A stretch of DNA of 64,000 bases, from assembly GCF_022045235.1 (NCBI RefSeq), contig NW_027266269.1:38998001-39062000 (forward strand), in the 5' to 3' direction. Below, piece by piece: positions 1 to 14,400 of this stretch. Under the pieces are notes generated by a model that saw only the letters and a program-made list of their open reading frames with translations, was not told the DNA's origin and ran no database searches. A program made the translations under genes and the position numbers. How positions within the stretch are numbered: the stretch's first letter is position 1; each line of letters begins with the position of its first letter. Source of the DNA: Haliotis cracherodii. Lineage: Eukaryota.

Positions 1-2270
1 TCGACGAAATTGGTCTGTCTCACCGTTCTCTCGCTCTCTCTCTACAGTCTGTCTCAAGTCTCTCGTTCTCACGCATTCTCTCTATCGGTCTGTCTCACCG
101 TCTCTCGTTCTCACGCATTCTCTCTATCGGTCTGTCTCACTGTTCTCTCATTCTCTCGCTCTCTCTCTCTCTGTCTGTCTCACCATCTGTTCTCTCGCCT
201 TCTCTCTATCGGTCTGTCTCACCATCTCTCATTATCTCCCTCTATCTATCGGTCTGTCTAACCATCTCTCGTTCTCTCGCTATCGGTCTGTCTCACCGTC
301 TCTCATTCTCTCTCTATTGGTCTGTCTCACCATCTCTCATTCTCTCTCTATCGGTCTGTCTCACCATCTCTCGTTCTCTCTCTATTGGTCTGTCTCACCA
401 TCTCTCATTCTCTCGCTGTCTTTCTATCGGTCTGTCTCACCGTCTCTCGTTCTCTTGCTCTCTATCGGTCTGTCTCACCGTCTCTCATTCTCTCGCTCTC
501 TATCGGTCTGTCTCACCGTCTCTCATTCTCTCGCTCTATCTCTCTATAGGTCTGCCTCACTGACACTCGTTCTCTCGCTCTCTCTCTACAGTCTGTCTCA
601 AGTCTCTCGTTCTCACGCATTCTCTCTATCGGTCTGTCTCACCGTCTCTCGTTCTCACGCATTCTCTCTATCGGTCTGTCTCACTGTTCTCTCATTCTCT
701 CGCTCTCTCTCTCTCTGTCTGTCTCACCATCTGTTCTCTCGCCTTCTCTCTATCGGTCTGTCTCACCATCTCTCATTATCTCCCTCTATCTATCGGTCTG
801 TCTAACCATCTCTCGTTCTCTCGCTATCGGTTTGTCTCACCGTCTCTCATTCTCTCTCTATTGGTCTGTCTCACCATCTCTCATTCTCTCTCTATCGGTC
901 TGTCTCACCATCTCTCGTTCTCTCTCTATTGGTCTGTCTCACCATCTCTCATTCTCTCGCTGTCTTTCTATCGGTCTGTCTCACCGTCTCTCGTTCTCTT
1001 GCTCTCTATCGGTCTGTCTCACCGTCTCTCGTTCTCTCGCTCTCTATCGGTCTGTCTCACCGTCTCTCATTCTCTCGCTCTATCTCTCTATAGGTCTGCC
1101 TCACTGACACTCGTTCTCTCGCTTTCTCTCTGTCGGTCTGTCTCACCGTCTCTCGCTTTCTCTGTCTGTCTCACCATCTCTCGCTCTCTCTCTATCAGTC
1201 TGTCTCACCGTTCTCTTGTTCTCTCAATCAGTCTGTGTCACCATCTCTCGTTCTCTCGCTTTCTCTCTATCGGTCTGTCTCACCGTCTCTCGTTCTCTCG
1301 CCTTCTCTCTATCGGTCTGTCCTGCAGTCTCATTCTCTCGCTCTCTCTATCTGTCTGTCTCACCGTCTCTCGCTCCCTCTCAATCGGTCTGTCTCACCGT
1401 CTCTCGTTCTCTCGCTCCTTCTCTATCGGTCTGTCTCACCATCTCTCACTCTCTCTATCGATCTGTCTCACCGTCTCTCGTTCTCTCGCTCCCTCTCTAT
1501 CGGTCTGTCTCACTGTTTCTCGTTCTCTCGCTCCTTCTCTATCCGTCTGTCTCACCATCTCTCACTCTCTCTATCGATCAGTCTCACCGTCTCTCGTTCT
1601 CTCGCTCCATCTCTATCGGTCTGTCTCACTGTTTCTCGTTCTCTCTCTCTCTCTCTATCGTTCTGTCGCACCGTCTCTCGTTCTCTCGCTCCCTCTCTAT
1701 CGGTCTGTCTCACCGTCTCTCGTTCTCTCGCTCCCTCTCTATCGGTCTGTCTCACCGTCTCTCGTTCTCTCGCTCCTTCTCTATCGGTCTGTCTCACCAT
1801 CTCTCACGATCTGTCTCACCGTCTCTCGTTCTCTCGCTCCCTCTCTATCGGTCTGTCTCACTGTTTCTCGTTCTCTCGCTCTCTCTCTCTATCGGTCTGT
1901 CTCACCGTCTCCCGTTCTCTCACTCCCTCTCTATCGGTCTGTCTCACTGTTTCTCGTTCTCTCGCTCTCTCTCTCTATCGGTCTGTCTCACCGTCTCTCG
2001 TTCTCTCGCTCCTTCTCTATCGGTCTGTCTCACCATCTCTCACTCTCTATCGATCTGTCTCACCGTCTCTCGTTCTCTCGCTCCCTCTCTATCGGTCTGT
2101 CTCACTGTTTCTCGTTCTCTCGCTCTCTCTCTCTATCGGTCTGTCTCACCGTCTCCCGTTCTCTCACTCTCTCTCTATTGGTCTGTCTCACCGTCTCTCG
2201 TGCTCTCGCTCTCTTTTTCGGTCGGTCTCACTGTCTCTCGTTCTCTCGCTTTCTCTCCACCTGTCTCTCT
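1..2270. repeat. CT-rich minisatellite (unit ~TCTCTCTATCGGTCTGTCTCACCGTCTCTCGT) with a ~544-bp internal higher-order duplication
   Basis: Repeats visible directly; ORFs at 317 and 861 start with the same long peptide 544 nt apart. Confidence 0.95.
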
Positions 2271-2309
2271 CATACCGAACCACTGACATACGAGTGCAAA
2301 CCTACTAAC

Positions 2310-2498
2310 CCCTGTCTTCACATGCAGTGGGACACATATCCTGACAGAAGAGGTTACGCTTGCATCCCTCGAGATGCACATAGCTGTATCCCAAGCTGCA
2401 ACACTTGGGCACTGCCACGAGGTTAGTGTCACACTCCCAGTATGCACGGCAGCTGCCCAGAAGGTTGAAGGTCGCAGTGTTGTTGTCCTTGCACTTGT
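2310..2498 (-). CDS. Exon: Pif-type second Cys-rich chitin-binding-like domain, (D)[62 protein letters not shown]
   Basis: Acceptor ttctctccacag|AC, donor AGG G|gttagt, 189 nt, phase 1-1; joins the previous exon as VVCPH-D-KC; not in ORF track. Confidence 0.88.
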
Positions 2499-5400
2499 CT
2501 GTGGAGAGAATGTGCTTGTGTTACAATACTGTGCTTAACATAGAAACATGTGGTGCTGTCGCCTTTGTCCTTGTTAAGGGGATCTTTCCAAACAGTCATA
2601 ACAACGGGACGAGATTTAACTGATCAACGCACATAGTTACGCTCTGGATTGGCCCCGTAAAGATCCGGGTAAGAAAAGGCTTTCAGGAACCCATGCTTGC
2701 TGTAAAGGGCGACTATGCTTGTCGAAAGAGGCGACTAACAGGATCGGGTGGTCAGACTCGCTGACTTGGTTGATGCATGTCATCGTATCCCAATTGCGTT
2801 GATCGATGTTCATGATGTCAATGGCCGCCGTCATATAGCTGGAATATTGCTGCGTGCGGCTTTAAACAACAACCATACTTCTGAGTGACTTTCTTGTTAT
2901 CTGTTAGTGTAACACTAAGGGAGCATCCTTGTACGGTGGTGCGGGGGATTTATATGAAAAAAGAAATTGCCAAGCTGTATCCAACAAACTATATATTTTC
3001 TGAGCACCATCAAACAACATATTCATTTGCACTATTAAAACAATAAGCATTTGTTTCACCATTGCCAACAAAGTAATCATTTTGTGCGTATTTCCGAACA
3101 AACTACTCACTAGAAAACTCTTCCAACCACCTTATAGAAATCAATGGATACTTCCTGACACTTTTAGGTTGTTTGAACGTCCTGAGAGAAGTGAGAACAT
3201 ATGCCTTTCTTTCTATGCTTGAGACTCTGTCCCAGGGAAGTCTCAACGTGGTACTGGACTGTATGCTTTCAACTGACCTGCTTTAAGATTTGAGAATACG
3301 CTTGCTTACCGTGTGGACACACAACCCTCCAGGAATCGTCACATTGGAATGTGACTTGGTTCCAGAATTTACCAAACGGACATCTCCTGTACATAGCAAC
3401 AACGTTGCCATTGGGGTTGTTGTAGCACTGGATGTACTTGTCGCAGTCAGTAGGGTGGTAGCGGTAGCCAATGCCGTCTCGATACGTCATTGACGTACAC
3501 AGACCTGTTGAAGAGACAATAAGTCCTAACATACATGTGTGCAATGAAAGATACTTATCCACTTATCAAGTGCGTCTTAATATACATGCATGCAATGATA
3601 GATACTTATCCACTTATCAAGTGCGTCTTAACATACATGCATGCAATACTAGACTCTTATCCACTTATCAAATGCGTCTTAACATACATGCATGCAATGA
3701 TAATTACTTATCCACTTATCAAATGCGTCTTTACATACATGCATGCATAATAGATTGATGGAGCACAGTCTCCTATAACAGTGGAAGTCCATACCCCCAC
3801 ATTCTGGGAAACTGCAAGGTGTTGATATTGTCTGCAAGACATCCCCGAAACAGCCGTTGCCTCCGTTACTTGGAGGGGGGTTTGTACACGACCTCGACCT
3901 CCTCCTGACCACACTCGGCCCCTGTCCGCACGTGACGCTACACGGAGGTCCTGTCCACTGCGTCCATTGCGTGAAACTGCCATTTACTGGAACTGAACAT
4001 GTGTAAGATGATTACGAGACATCCTTGCTTAATGTAAACTATCTTCACTGAAAAAGCAGTTTGAAGGCTATAGAAAGAGACAAAACATCAAAAAACGATG
4101 TCCATAAGGTTAAATTTGTTGGGTTTTATTGTTGTTTAACGCTGCACTCAGCATTATCCCAGCTATATGACGGCGGTTGGTCTGTAAATAATCGAATCTG
4201 GACCAGACAATCCAGTGAGTGATATCATGAGCATCGATCTACACGATTTTTGGATACGATGACATGCATTAACCAAGTCAAGCGAGTCTGACCACCCGAT
4301 CCCGATAGTCCGCTTACGACCACCATAGTCGCCACCTATGACAAGCATGGGTTGCTGAAGACCTATTCTAACCCGGATTTTCACGGGAACATAAGTTTCA
4401 GTAATAGTATTGGCATTAGGTCGTCGAAAGAATATCACATATCCTTTCTTAATGTAGAAACTTGGAATGTTTAAAGGCTTCTCAATGTCACGGGCCTTCG
4501 GTAGATAGTTATAAAATACCCTTCCGGAATACAGATTGTGATCTAAGAAAGCTACAAGCTATTAATATAGAAATTCGCTCTCGTGTACTGCCAGTTTTAT
4601 TTTAAATCGAGTCCGATACCAGAACTATACACGGGGTTTCATAGAATTGGTATTACACGAGAGCGAGTTTAGTTCTGTATTTATTACTTGCCGTTTATAA
4701 TGTCGTGTGTAATTGAGGCAGACATCTACGCGATGGAAAACATAACCTAAGTTTAACAGATTAATACTTTAAACACGTTGAACACCCATGAATTTGATAT
4801 CATACAGCCGCCCACCTTTAGCATTTAGGGGTCCGTTCCACAAAACTAAAGTAGCGATAAGGTTATCATATCTCCAACACATCCTGTGACGTAATATGTG
4901 AAATTGTGTTGCAAGATACACCAGCGATAGAATGCCTGTGACGTCATCCTAGCAGTAGGGATGCTGGGGGTCATCGAGTTTGCATAAGCTCCTCTCGAGG
5001 ATCTTTCATCCTCTACGCACATGTCATTGAATAAGCCCAGTGATGTTGAGAGTTTTCAATATTTGTTAGTGACACTAGACCCAGCGGTACATAAACACGC
5101 ACCTTGGTATTAAACACTAATGTAATAACAGCTTGATGTTATTAAACAGTGGTATCTTCAACGCGCGAGTAATAAACATAAATGATATATACCCTTCCGT
5201 GTAATCTAGCACAATCACAAATTTGAACATTAAATGAACATGAAACGTTCAATAGGTCATCAATGCTGAAACTGGAGAACGTTCTTACAAAATAATGATG
5301 AATAATGACAGAAGGTTGCTTGTTGTTCCTAGAAACTGAGCATATACAAGAGGTTGTCCGTACCGAGACAAGGGACGTTATCACATGTCTTCTTCACTAC

Positions 5401-8400
5401 CCCCAGCAGAGCTCCAGTACAGTTCAGACCGCCATTGCTGGGAGGTGGGTTTGTGCAGCTCCTGGTTCGAGTCCGAATCACACACGCGCTGCTGCAAGGG
5501 GGGTTGGTCCACTCGGTCCAGAGGGTCAGGCCACCATCCACTGGGGACAAAGATAAATAACATGCTCACATTATCCTGTCTTGCTTGAAACATCTCGCTA
5601 TGGTGGTATATTAAAGAAAGTTATATCCATATATTGTGTCTACTTGGGTCTTGCTTGAGAAGGGTATAAAGGTCTATCTGAAACATTGCTTTGATAGCAT
5701 ATTAAAGAAGTTGTTATGCATAAATTGTCTACTTTGTCACCCGCCAACTTCTATGTAATGCCTATCAAACATTTGAACTCCACACTGTCACAGTCGGTGT
5801 TACAGATTATGAACCGTATGTTGCTGATTTTGGCACACCAGCATCAATCTACGCACTTGGGGTCAACCAAATCAGCGACCCGGGCCACCCATCCCAAAAG
5901 TCACCTCTTACAACAAGCATGGGTTGATGAAGACCAATTCTAACCCGGATCTTCACGGTGGCTCATGCTTATAGTATGTTCTGTCAAATGCCATGAAACA
6001 CTATGAGTGAGAGAATATGGTTTTACGCAGCTTTTAGCAATATTCCAGTAATATCACGGAGGAGGACCCAAAAAATGGGATTCACACATTCTACCCATGT
6101 CTTCAGCGTGACGAGCGAACGCTTTAACCACAAGACTGCCCGACCTCCCCCGAAGCACTATGAAGCATCTGAAGCAAATGTGTTACATAATATGACGCAA
6201 TAACTCAACAAATACACACCTGGACAAGCACTGAAGACACACTGGGTACTCGATGTTTCAAGCGTGTTACCGAAGCATTGTTGTCCGCCGTTACTGGGAG
6301 CAGGGTTGGTGCAGCTTCTGGTTCGTGACCTGACACGGCTGTTGGTGGAGCCACAGGTGATGCCACAGGAAGGTGTAGTCCATTGAGTCCATTCGGTATA
6401 AGTGCCATTCACTGGATATATAATTATTTTGGTTTGTAAGTAATAAATATGGAGAAATTAAATATTTCAATTTACAAATACAGCAAACTACGGTTATAAC
6501 GAACTCAAAGGGACCACTAATTTTAGTTTGTCATAACCGTAGTTCGTTATAAGCATATATACAGCATATATACAACCAATGACCGGGACTAAAAATAAGT
6601 TTGTGATATCCGTTAGTTCGTTAGAAGCATGTTCGTAATAAACGTAGTTTAGTGTATATATATTAAAAGCTTCTTTTCAAATGTTTGCTAAATATTGTTT
6701 TACACCGCAGTAGCAGTTTCATATTTACAACTATTCATATTGAAAACTATTTTTCATAGCTTCATGCAAATAATCGTGTCTGGATCAAAGAAACCAGTGG
6801 TTGATACAATGAGCAATCTCACACAGCGTAACATTGCGATGACAATGTACCAAGACACTGACCATCTGATTTATTAAGAGGGTATTCCATCAAGCACAGG
6901 TTTCTCAGGACCAATTCAATACTTGGCTCCCCACGGGACAAGGTGTGGAAGACGCTACTTACCAACACAAGCGGGGAAGGAACAGGTTTGCTGTGTTATA
7001 TCCAGAAATGGACCGGTGCAGCCTTGTCCACCATTGCTGGGAGGAGGGTTGGTGCAGCTCCTGGTCCGTGTTCGTGTCAAGTCAGTTCTTGTTCCACAAC
7101 TGATGCCGCAAGGTGGATTGGTCCACTGTGTCCAGAGCGTGGGGCCACCGTTCACTAGACAATGACAAACATACTGCTTGCTTAGAAACGTTCAGAGTAT
7201 AATTGTGGGTCAGACCACAGTCCACTAGACAATGACAAACATGCTGCTTGCTTAGAAACGTTCAGAGTATAATTGTGGGTCAGGCCACCGTCCACAAGAC
7301 AATGACAAACATACTGCTTGCTTAGAAACGTTCTGAGTATAATTGTGGGTCAGGCCACCGTCCACTAGACAATGACAAACCTGCAGCTTGCTTAGAAACG
7401 TTCAGAGTATAATTGTTCTTAAATCTTCCACACATTCCAATAATATCACACCTGAGGTGAAGATGACACAAATTTATTAATTTAAAGTATTAAGTATGAC
7501 ACAGATGCCTCTGGCAGAAGCTGAAGATGTATGGTGCCACGAAACGCGTAAAGCATCCTGTGTGCTTTCAAAAATAACAAAGACATCCTCAAGATACTGT
7601 AGCGAATACAAAACGTCAGCGTCAGAGAAATACCACGCTCGTCAGAGAAATACCACGCTCGATTATCCGCCGATACTGATTTCATTGGAATTAAAAGGTT
7701 ACATACCGATGCACATTACATGTGAACGGATCACTGAAAATAAGTGATGACACCAGCCGCTCCCGAAATTGGTAATCGTGTCCCGAACTACTGCTTGTGC
7801 CCATCACTGACGCCACTTGCATAAAAAAGTTTGCTTTTGTTGTCGTACGCCACATGGGAATGAGGCACTTTTTATTCCCCTTTAAGTAAACAACAAGTCA
7901 AAAATATCACGTCGGACATTTTAATTAGACTAAAGACAGAAACACAAACCTTCCTTGCCACACTAACCAAATCCCCCAAAATGAAATATTTCTTTATATT
8001 CAACGAAAGTGAATAATTGACTACTTTCTGTTATAAATTGGATAATGGAAGTTCATTCTAATATTAGCAAAAGCAATCTCCTGACTGGAGCTCTGAGGAC
8101 GTCTTCGTCACACAACGAATAAATGTCAACTAAAAATGTTACTCCGTTCAACGTAGTGGTCTGCTACATCAGCATGACAAAAAAAAGAACATGCGCAACG
8201 GGTGTGTTTGGGCGAGCACTTCCATATTAATCGAGTGTATTTGGATGAGCTATACCAACCCAACCAAGAACAACTGTTTTCTTCTGTTATACCCCCTCCT
8301 TGACAGATTCCTGGCAACACAATACAAACAATATCAACACAATACTAACACTTCTAGCTTTTGCAATGAATTAAAATATAACTGTACCATACTTACAAAA

Positions 8401-11400
8401 TTACTGAAATTATTACAATCCATTACTCCTTGAATATCCATGAATGCTCACATCTCATTTTACAATGTCACAGTTCAAGAGTCATAGATCACAACACATT
8501 TCAGTTTCACGATGTCAATGTTCACGACATCAGTTTCACGATGTCACTGTTCACGACGTCAGTTCACAAAGTCACATTATCCGAAGTCACAATCCCGGAT
8601 CACAGTTCACCACTCCGGCGGACAAATCTTGTTTGCTGCTCTAGTAATCACCAATTGTCTGATCCGTACATCCACCACACGCACATGTCTATCTCTTCCT
8701 GGGTATGTCTCGACAATTCTACCAAGTGGCCACTGTCCCCCTGGAGGGTCAGGAGATATCACTAGCACAACATCATTGATACACAGATCTCTGCTTGGAG
8801 TTCGCCATTTCCGTCTTGGGTTCAGACCTGGGAGCCATTCCTTCATCCAACCCTTCCAAAAGTGCCTCATCAGTTCCTGAATATGTCTCCAGCGCTTCCT
8901 TGGGTGATAATCTGGTGTGTCTATGGATTCCGGAGTCAGAGGAATTGCATCTTGGGATGAGTTGACTGATATGTCAGAAGGTGCGAGATGATCATCGTTT
9001 CAGCTCCGGTGAATGCTGTTTCCAGTTCCTCATCTGTGACGTCACCATTCCCCAGGATAGCGAAGATAGCATGCTTAGCCTATTTCATCATCGTCTCGAA
9101 TACCCCTCCAAAATGCGGCGTGTATGGAGGGTTGAAGTGCCATTTCACTCCTCGATTGGCCATGGAACGTCGAACAGCATCTTGATCCAGCATGTGAAGA
9201 AGTTCCTTGAGTTCTTTGATGGGACCAACAAAGTTTGTTCCATTGTCAGATATGACATCTTGTGGTAGACCTCTTCGATTTACCATTCGGTAAAACGCAT
9301 TTAAGAATGCGCGGGTGTCCAAGCCGTATGCCATCTCTATGTGAACAGCTCTTGTAGTCAAACAGGTGAATAGACACAAATAACGTTTCTGACGTGATTT
9401 TCCTCTGCCTTGGACTGTTATGAAAGGTCCAGCACAGTCAACAGCAGCCTGCCTGAATGCAGGGAAGGATGTTCAAAGTCTCATTTTTGGTAACAGAGCC
9501 ATCATTGGACAGGCAGGTTTTGATTTGTCCCTATGACGCCAAGCACATTCTCTCTCCCATTCACGTATTGCTTCTCGTGCTGAGATAATCCAGTATTAAG
9601 ATGACACTGCAGCCAATGTTTGGTTTGTGCCCAGAACATGTTTACCATCTTTCGGGATACTGTTTTATGATGAGCTTCTACGAGGCAGAATTATGGGAAA
9701 TCGCACTCCAAGTGGCAAACATTCAGCATCACCTAAGCGTCCACTCAATCTCATGACCCCATTTTCATCTATTTGTGGCTGAAGTGTAAGGAGTTTGGAA
9801 CTGGAAGCCAACATCTTACCTGACAACAAAGTTGCATATTCAATTGAAAATGCCTGTGCATCGGCAATGATTCTGTCATTTTGTAATCATCTGACGTGGA
9901 ACAGTTATGCAAGAATCTGAAAATCCAAGCATTCACACGTGTCAATTTTCTCCAGCTGGAGAATCTGGAAGGGTCAAGTCTCCATGTCTCAAGGTCAGGT
10001 TTCTGTATTGAAACTAGAGCAACCTGCTTATTGCTCGTACTTCTTTCATCATCATTGATCATGTCAAGTGAAAATGCTTTATCAGATGGCCATTCAGTTT
10101 CATCTCTGAGCAAAAACGTAGGACCAGACCACCATAACTCATTGTGTATGAGTTGTGAAACAAACAGACCTCTTGTCAAGTAATCTGCAGGATTTTCTTC
10201 AGATGGTATGTGGCGCCATTGGGATGGATTTGTAGTGCTGTGTATTTCTCCAACAAACGGTTTGAAAGTACGACTATTGTTTCTTATCCAACACAAGACA
10301 TTCCTACTATCTGACCAGAAGGTAACTGTTTCAATCTCAATCTGAAGGACTTTGAGAGACAAATCTGTCTGAGTCCAAGTACAGCTGATATCAGTTCAAG
10401 GCGTGGTATGCTACAGTCTTTCGACGGAGCTACATGACTCTTTGCAGCAACTATCCTGCTTGACTTCTTTCCGTCCATGTAAGTATAGACGGCGTAAACA
10501 ACGGTGCCACATGCATCCTGTTATGCATCAACAAAGGTATGAATCGAGACTGAACAAACATCAGCATCAAGGCGCAAACATCTGTGTATCTGAACACCTT
10601 GTACTTCTTTCCATTGTACCAATCATTTTTCTATTTTCTGTTGCAGGTTCTGAGGCAGTTCATCATCCCAATCGTGTCCTGTTAACCACATTTCTTGTAA
10701 CAGAATCTTTGCAGTGATTATAAATGGTCCTATGAATCCAAGGGGATCAAATATTCTTGCAATTTGCCTGAGAAAACCTCTTTTAGTGGTTTCTTCATCA
10801 GGAAACGTACCAACTTTGCATGCGAACATATCTTTTTCAGTAACGCACATTAACCCAAGTGCTTTCGCTGATGGTAAATGGCCTTAACAAAGATCAATTT
10901 CAGAGGCTCTATCTTCTTCAGGAATGTTTTAAGGACATTCAGGGAATTGGACAACCATTTCCGAGCATGCATTGAAGCACTGGACCATAACTGAGTTAAT
11001 TGGTTGTACAGTTCTATACCTTCATCCTCATTCTCTACCGAGTCCATACTGTCATCCATGTATGTGGCATTTATGACAGTTTCTGCAGCCATAGGCAGAT
11101 CTACAAGATGTGCCTTAGCAGGTTCCTGGGTAACATACTGAGCCAAGAAAGGGGAAGAGGTGTTCCCGAATACAAGACGAGTGAACCGGTATACCTCAGG
11201 AGGCATATCTGTATTCATGGATCTCCAGAAAAATCTGTGTTAAGGTCTATCTCCCGGTGATATTTTGATCTGCAAGAACATCTCTGCTATATCACAAATG
11301 AGAGCTACTGGTTTTCTCCTGAACCATATCAGCCGACAAAGAGCTCACTATGAAGCTTCGGACCTGGACTGATTACATCATTCAATGATGTGTCCTGATA

Positions 11401-14400
11401 CTTTGCCGAAGCATCAAAAACAATACGGACCTTCGTTGTGGTCTTCTCTGGCTGCAATATCAGGAAATGGGGAAGATAGCACACATCTTCCCTCGATTCC
11501 TCATGATCTACTTTTAGGATATAACCTTTTTCAACATACTGCAAGATGATATTGTCATAGGCTAGTGCCGTGTCCTGGTCTTTGGATAACCTCTTTTCAG
11601 TGCTAAGCAGCCTACGAAATGCCATGGCATAGTCATTTGGAAATGATGGAACGTTCTTCCAAGGAATACCAATCTGGTATAGGCCATTCATCAGGCCAAA
11701 TGTCTTTCTGAATGCATGGCTCACTTCCCGCAGCCTGTTGTTCAGGTCTATACAATCTATTGCGTCTCCTACTTGACACGGAACTCCCATCTGACCTATT
11801 ATCTAAGTGACATTGTGCCTGTTGAACTACAGCATTAGTTTCATCCTCAACATGACTAATCTCTCGTTCAGTTTTAGTGACATTTTCACCTTGCTGACTC
11901 TTTGCAAAAGCCAGAGTGAGTTGTGTCATAACATTTTAATTAGACTTAAGACAGAAACACAAACCTTCCACACTGACCAAATCCCCCCAAAATGAAATGT
12001 TTCTATATATTCAACGAAAGTGAATAATTGACCACTTTCTGTTATAAAGTGGATAATGGAAGTTCAATCTAATATTAGCAAAAGCAATCTCCTGACTGGA
12101 GCTCTGAGGACGAACGAATAAATGTCAACTAAAAAATGTTACTCCGTTCAACGTAGTGGTCTGCTACATCAGCATGACACGCACAAGATTTACAAAAAAA
12201 AGAACATCCGCAATGGGTGTGTTTGGGCGAACACTTCCATATTAATCGAGTGTATTTGGATGAGCTATACCAACGCAACCAAGAACAATTGTTTCCTTCT
12301 GTTCACCACACGTCAGTCCACCTGCCACTTAATGACCGCATATAAACCAAAAGGTGGGCTAGTGCATTTTTAGAGTTCTTTCTAGAGACCAGGGCTCCAT
12401 TCCACAAAGCGAGCTAAGACGATTGTCATTCGCATCCTTTTACATAGACTTACGACAGTCGTAGCGCAATACGGCCTGGGATCGAACCCCGGACCTTCCG
12501 CTCTCGGGGCAGGCGCTCTACCCTAGACCACGGAGGAGGATGTCTTAGACTGTTTCACAGAAACGCTCACCTGGACAAGAATTAAAGATGCATGGCTGAG
12601 CCGATGTTTGTACTCTGTCTCCAGAACATAACTGACCGCCATTACTGGGAACAGGGTTTGTGCAGCTTCTGGACCTGGATCTGACAAGGCTGTTAGCGGA
12701 ACCACAGGTGATGGTACAAGTAGGATTGGTCCATTGCGTCCACTGGGTTAACCCTCCATTTACCGTAGCTGTAAACATTGGAATATCATTTTAATTGTTA
12801 TTGAAAAGTATGATAATTAAATAATGCTTTGATTTTTTAACTGGGCATTGGATTAATTATCAGTTGCATCGTCCACAGTACAGACCAGTGGTGTAGTGGC
12901 TAATGCATGAGCTTGTCATTCTCTGGTTATGGTTCGGTTCCCATTTGTATGAAGCTCTTTTCTGGTGTTGCTGGGCACATTGCTGGAATATCTCGTAACG
13001 TAAAACACGTTCATTCACCTGCAGCTTGCTTGGATTTTGTTAGTGCCAGTTTTTTTGTGAAGCATTTATTTTAATATAATGAATGTCTTACCAACGCAGG
13101 GAGAGAGGACACAGTTCTTTGCTATCACCTCCACTAAAGTGCCAGAACAGTCTTGTCCTCCGCCGCTTGGGACCGGGCGCGTGCAGGTCCTGAATCTTGA
13201 ACGTGAAACGTCTCCCGTCCCGCATGTGACGCCGCAAGGTGGATCGGTCCATTGAGACCAGGTTGTTAAGCCACCGTTTATGACAACTGTTGCAAAAAGG
13301 AAAATAATAAGATTTGTCTCATTTTTAGTTGTGACGTACTTTCGACAAAGGCGAAAGAACAATGAAATTAAGATCATAATGTATTTGAAAATAAGCCAAA
13401 GTTCATATTTTATTCCACTTTTTCTCAATAAAAACTGATTGATTTGTATTTAGTGATATAAAATATGTGACTATTTATTCTCGTATTTCGCTCGTGATTC
13501 TGAATATATATCTAGTGTGTTTTTAATTCATCTTTATGAAGCCCCCTTTGTGGTGTGGAGGTATGGCGCCATAGAAGAATCCTGACTTGTATTGATTAAG
13601 ACGTAATGCTTACAATGCTCTTGATATCTTGCATTCAATGGTAATAAATTAATTGATGTTATTTCATTTTAACTACACACACTTTATATACACACGTGTG
13701 AAAGAATAATTACATGACAGACACATGGCACCATTCACACTTTTTCAAACACTTTGTTGTTTAAAACCTTTTTTACAGCATATAACTTAACAACTATTAT
13801 ACTGTAGTTTTGAACTACTCTCAATGTGATGATTGCCATCTGAAATATTGTCTGAACGTTGTCCAATGCTATGGAGGTAAAGGGTGCCTCCTTTCAGATT
13901 TCACCAGTTCTAAATCTGTTCGTATTTTTGACTGATAGAAAAGGATAACGTTTTCGAAATGTTCGCGTTAAATGGTGGTGTGTAACTTGTTAGGATTTAC
14001 CCCGGTTTGAGAACGAAAGTGAGATTGCCATTTTTAAACTGTGACGAGCAGATGTAGTTATGTGTAAACATTCATTTGAATGTTCAAATTACTATCACCA
14101 AGAACTATGGTACACTATTTCCAAATAAACACATTGCTATTAGTAGTAACACAATTATCGAAACTTTCTCTAATATTTTTCTGAGTTCGAATCCAGATTC
14201 TCTCCGATTGATTCTAAATTAGTCAGTACCATACCCGTGCGCATGGGTTTTACCAAATAGGTCTTCAGCAACCCCTGCTTGTTGTGAAAGGCGACTATGC
14301 TTGTCGTGAAAGGCGACTATGCTTGTCGTAAGAGGCGAGTAACGGGTGGTTAGGCTCGCTGACTTTGTTGGTGCATGTCATCGTATCCCAATTGTGCGAA

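Noticed and set aside
10-2426. Long Ser/Leu-rich plus-strand ORFs (up to 521 aa)
   Set aside because: Stop-free by-product of the CT minisatellite; open in several frames
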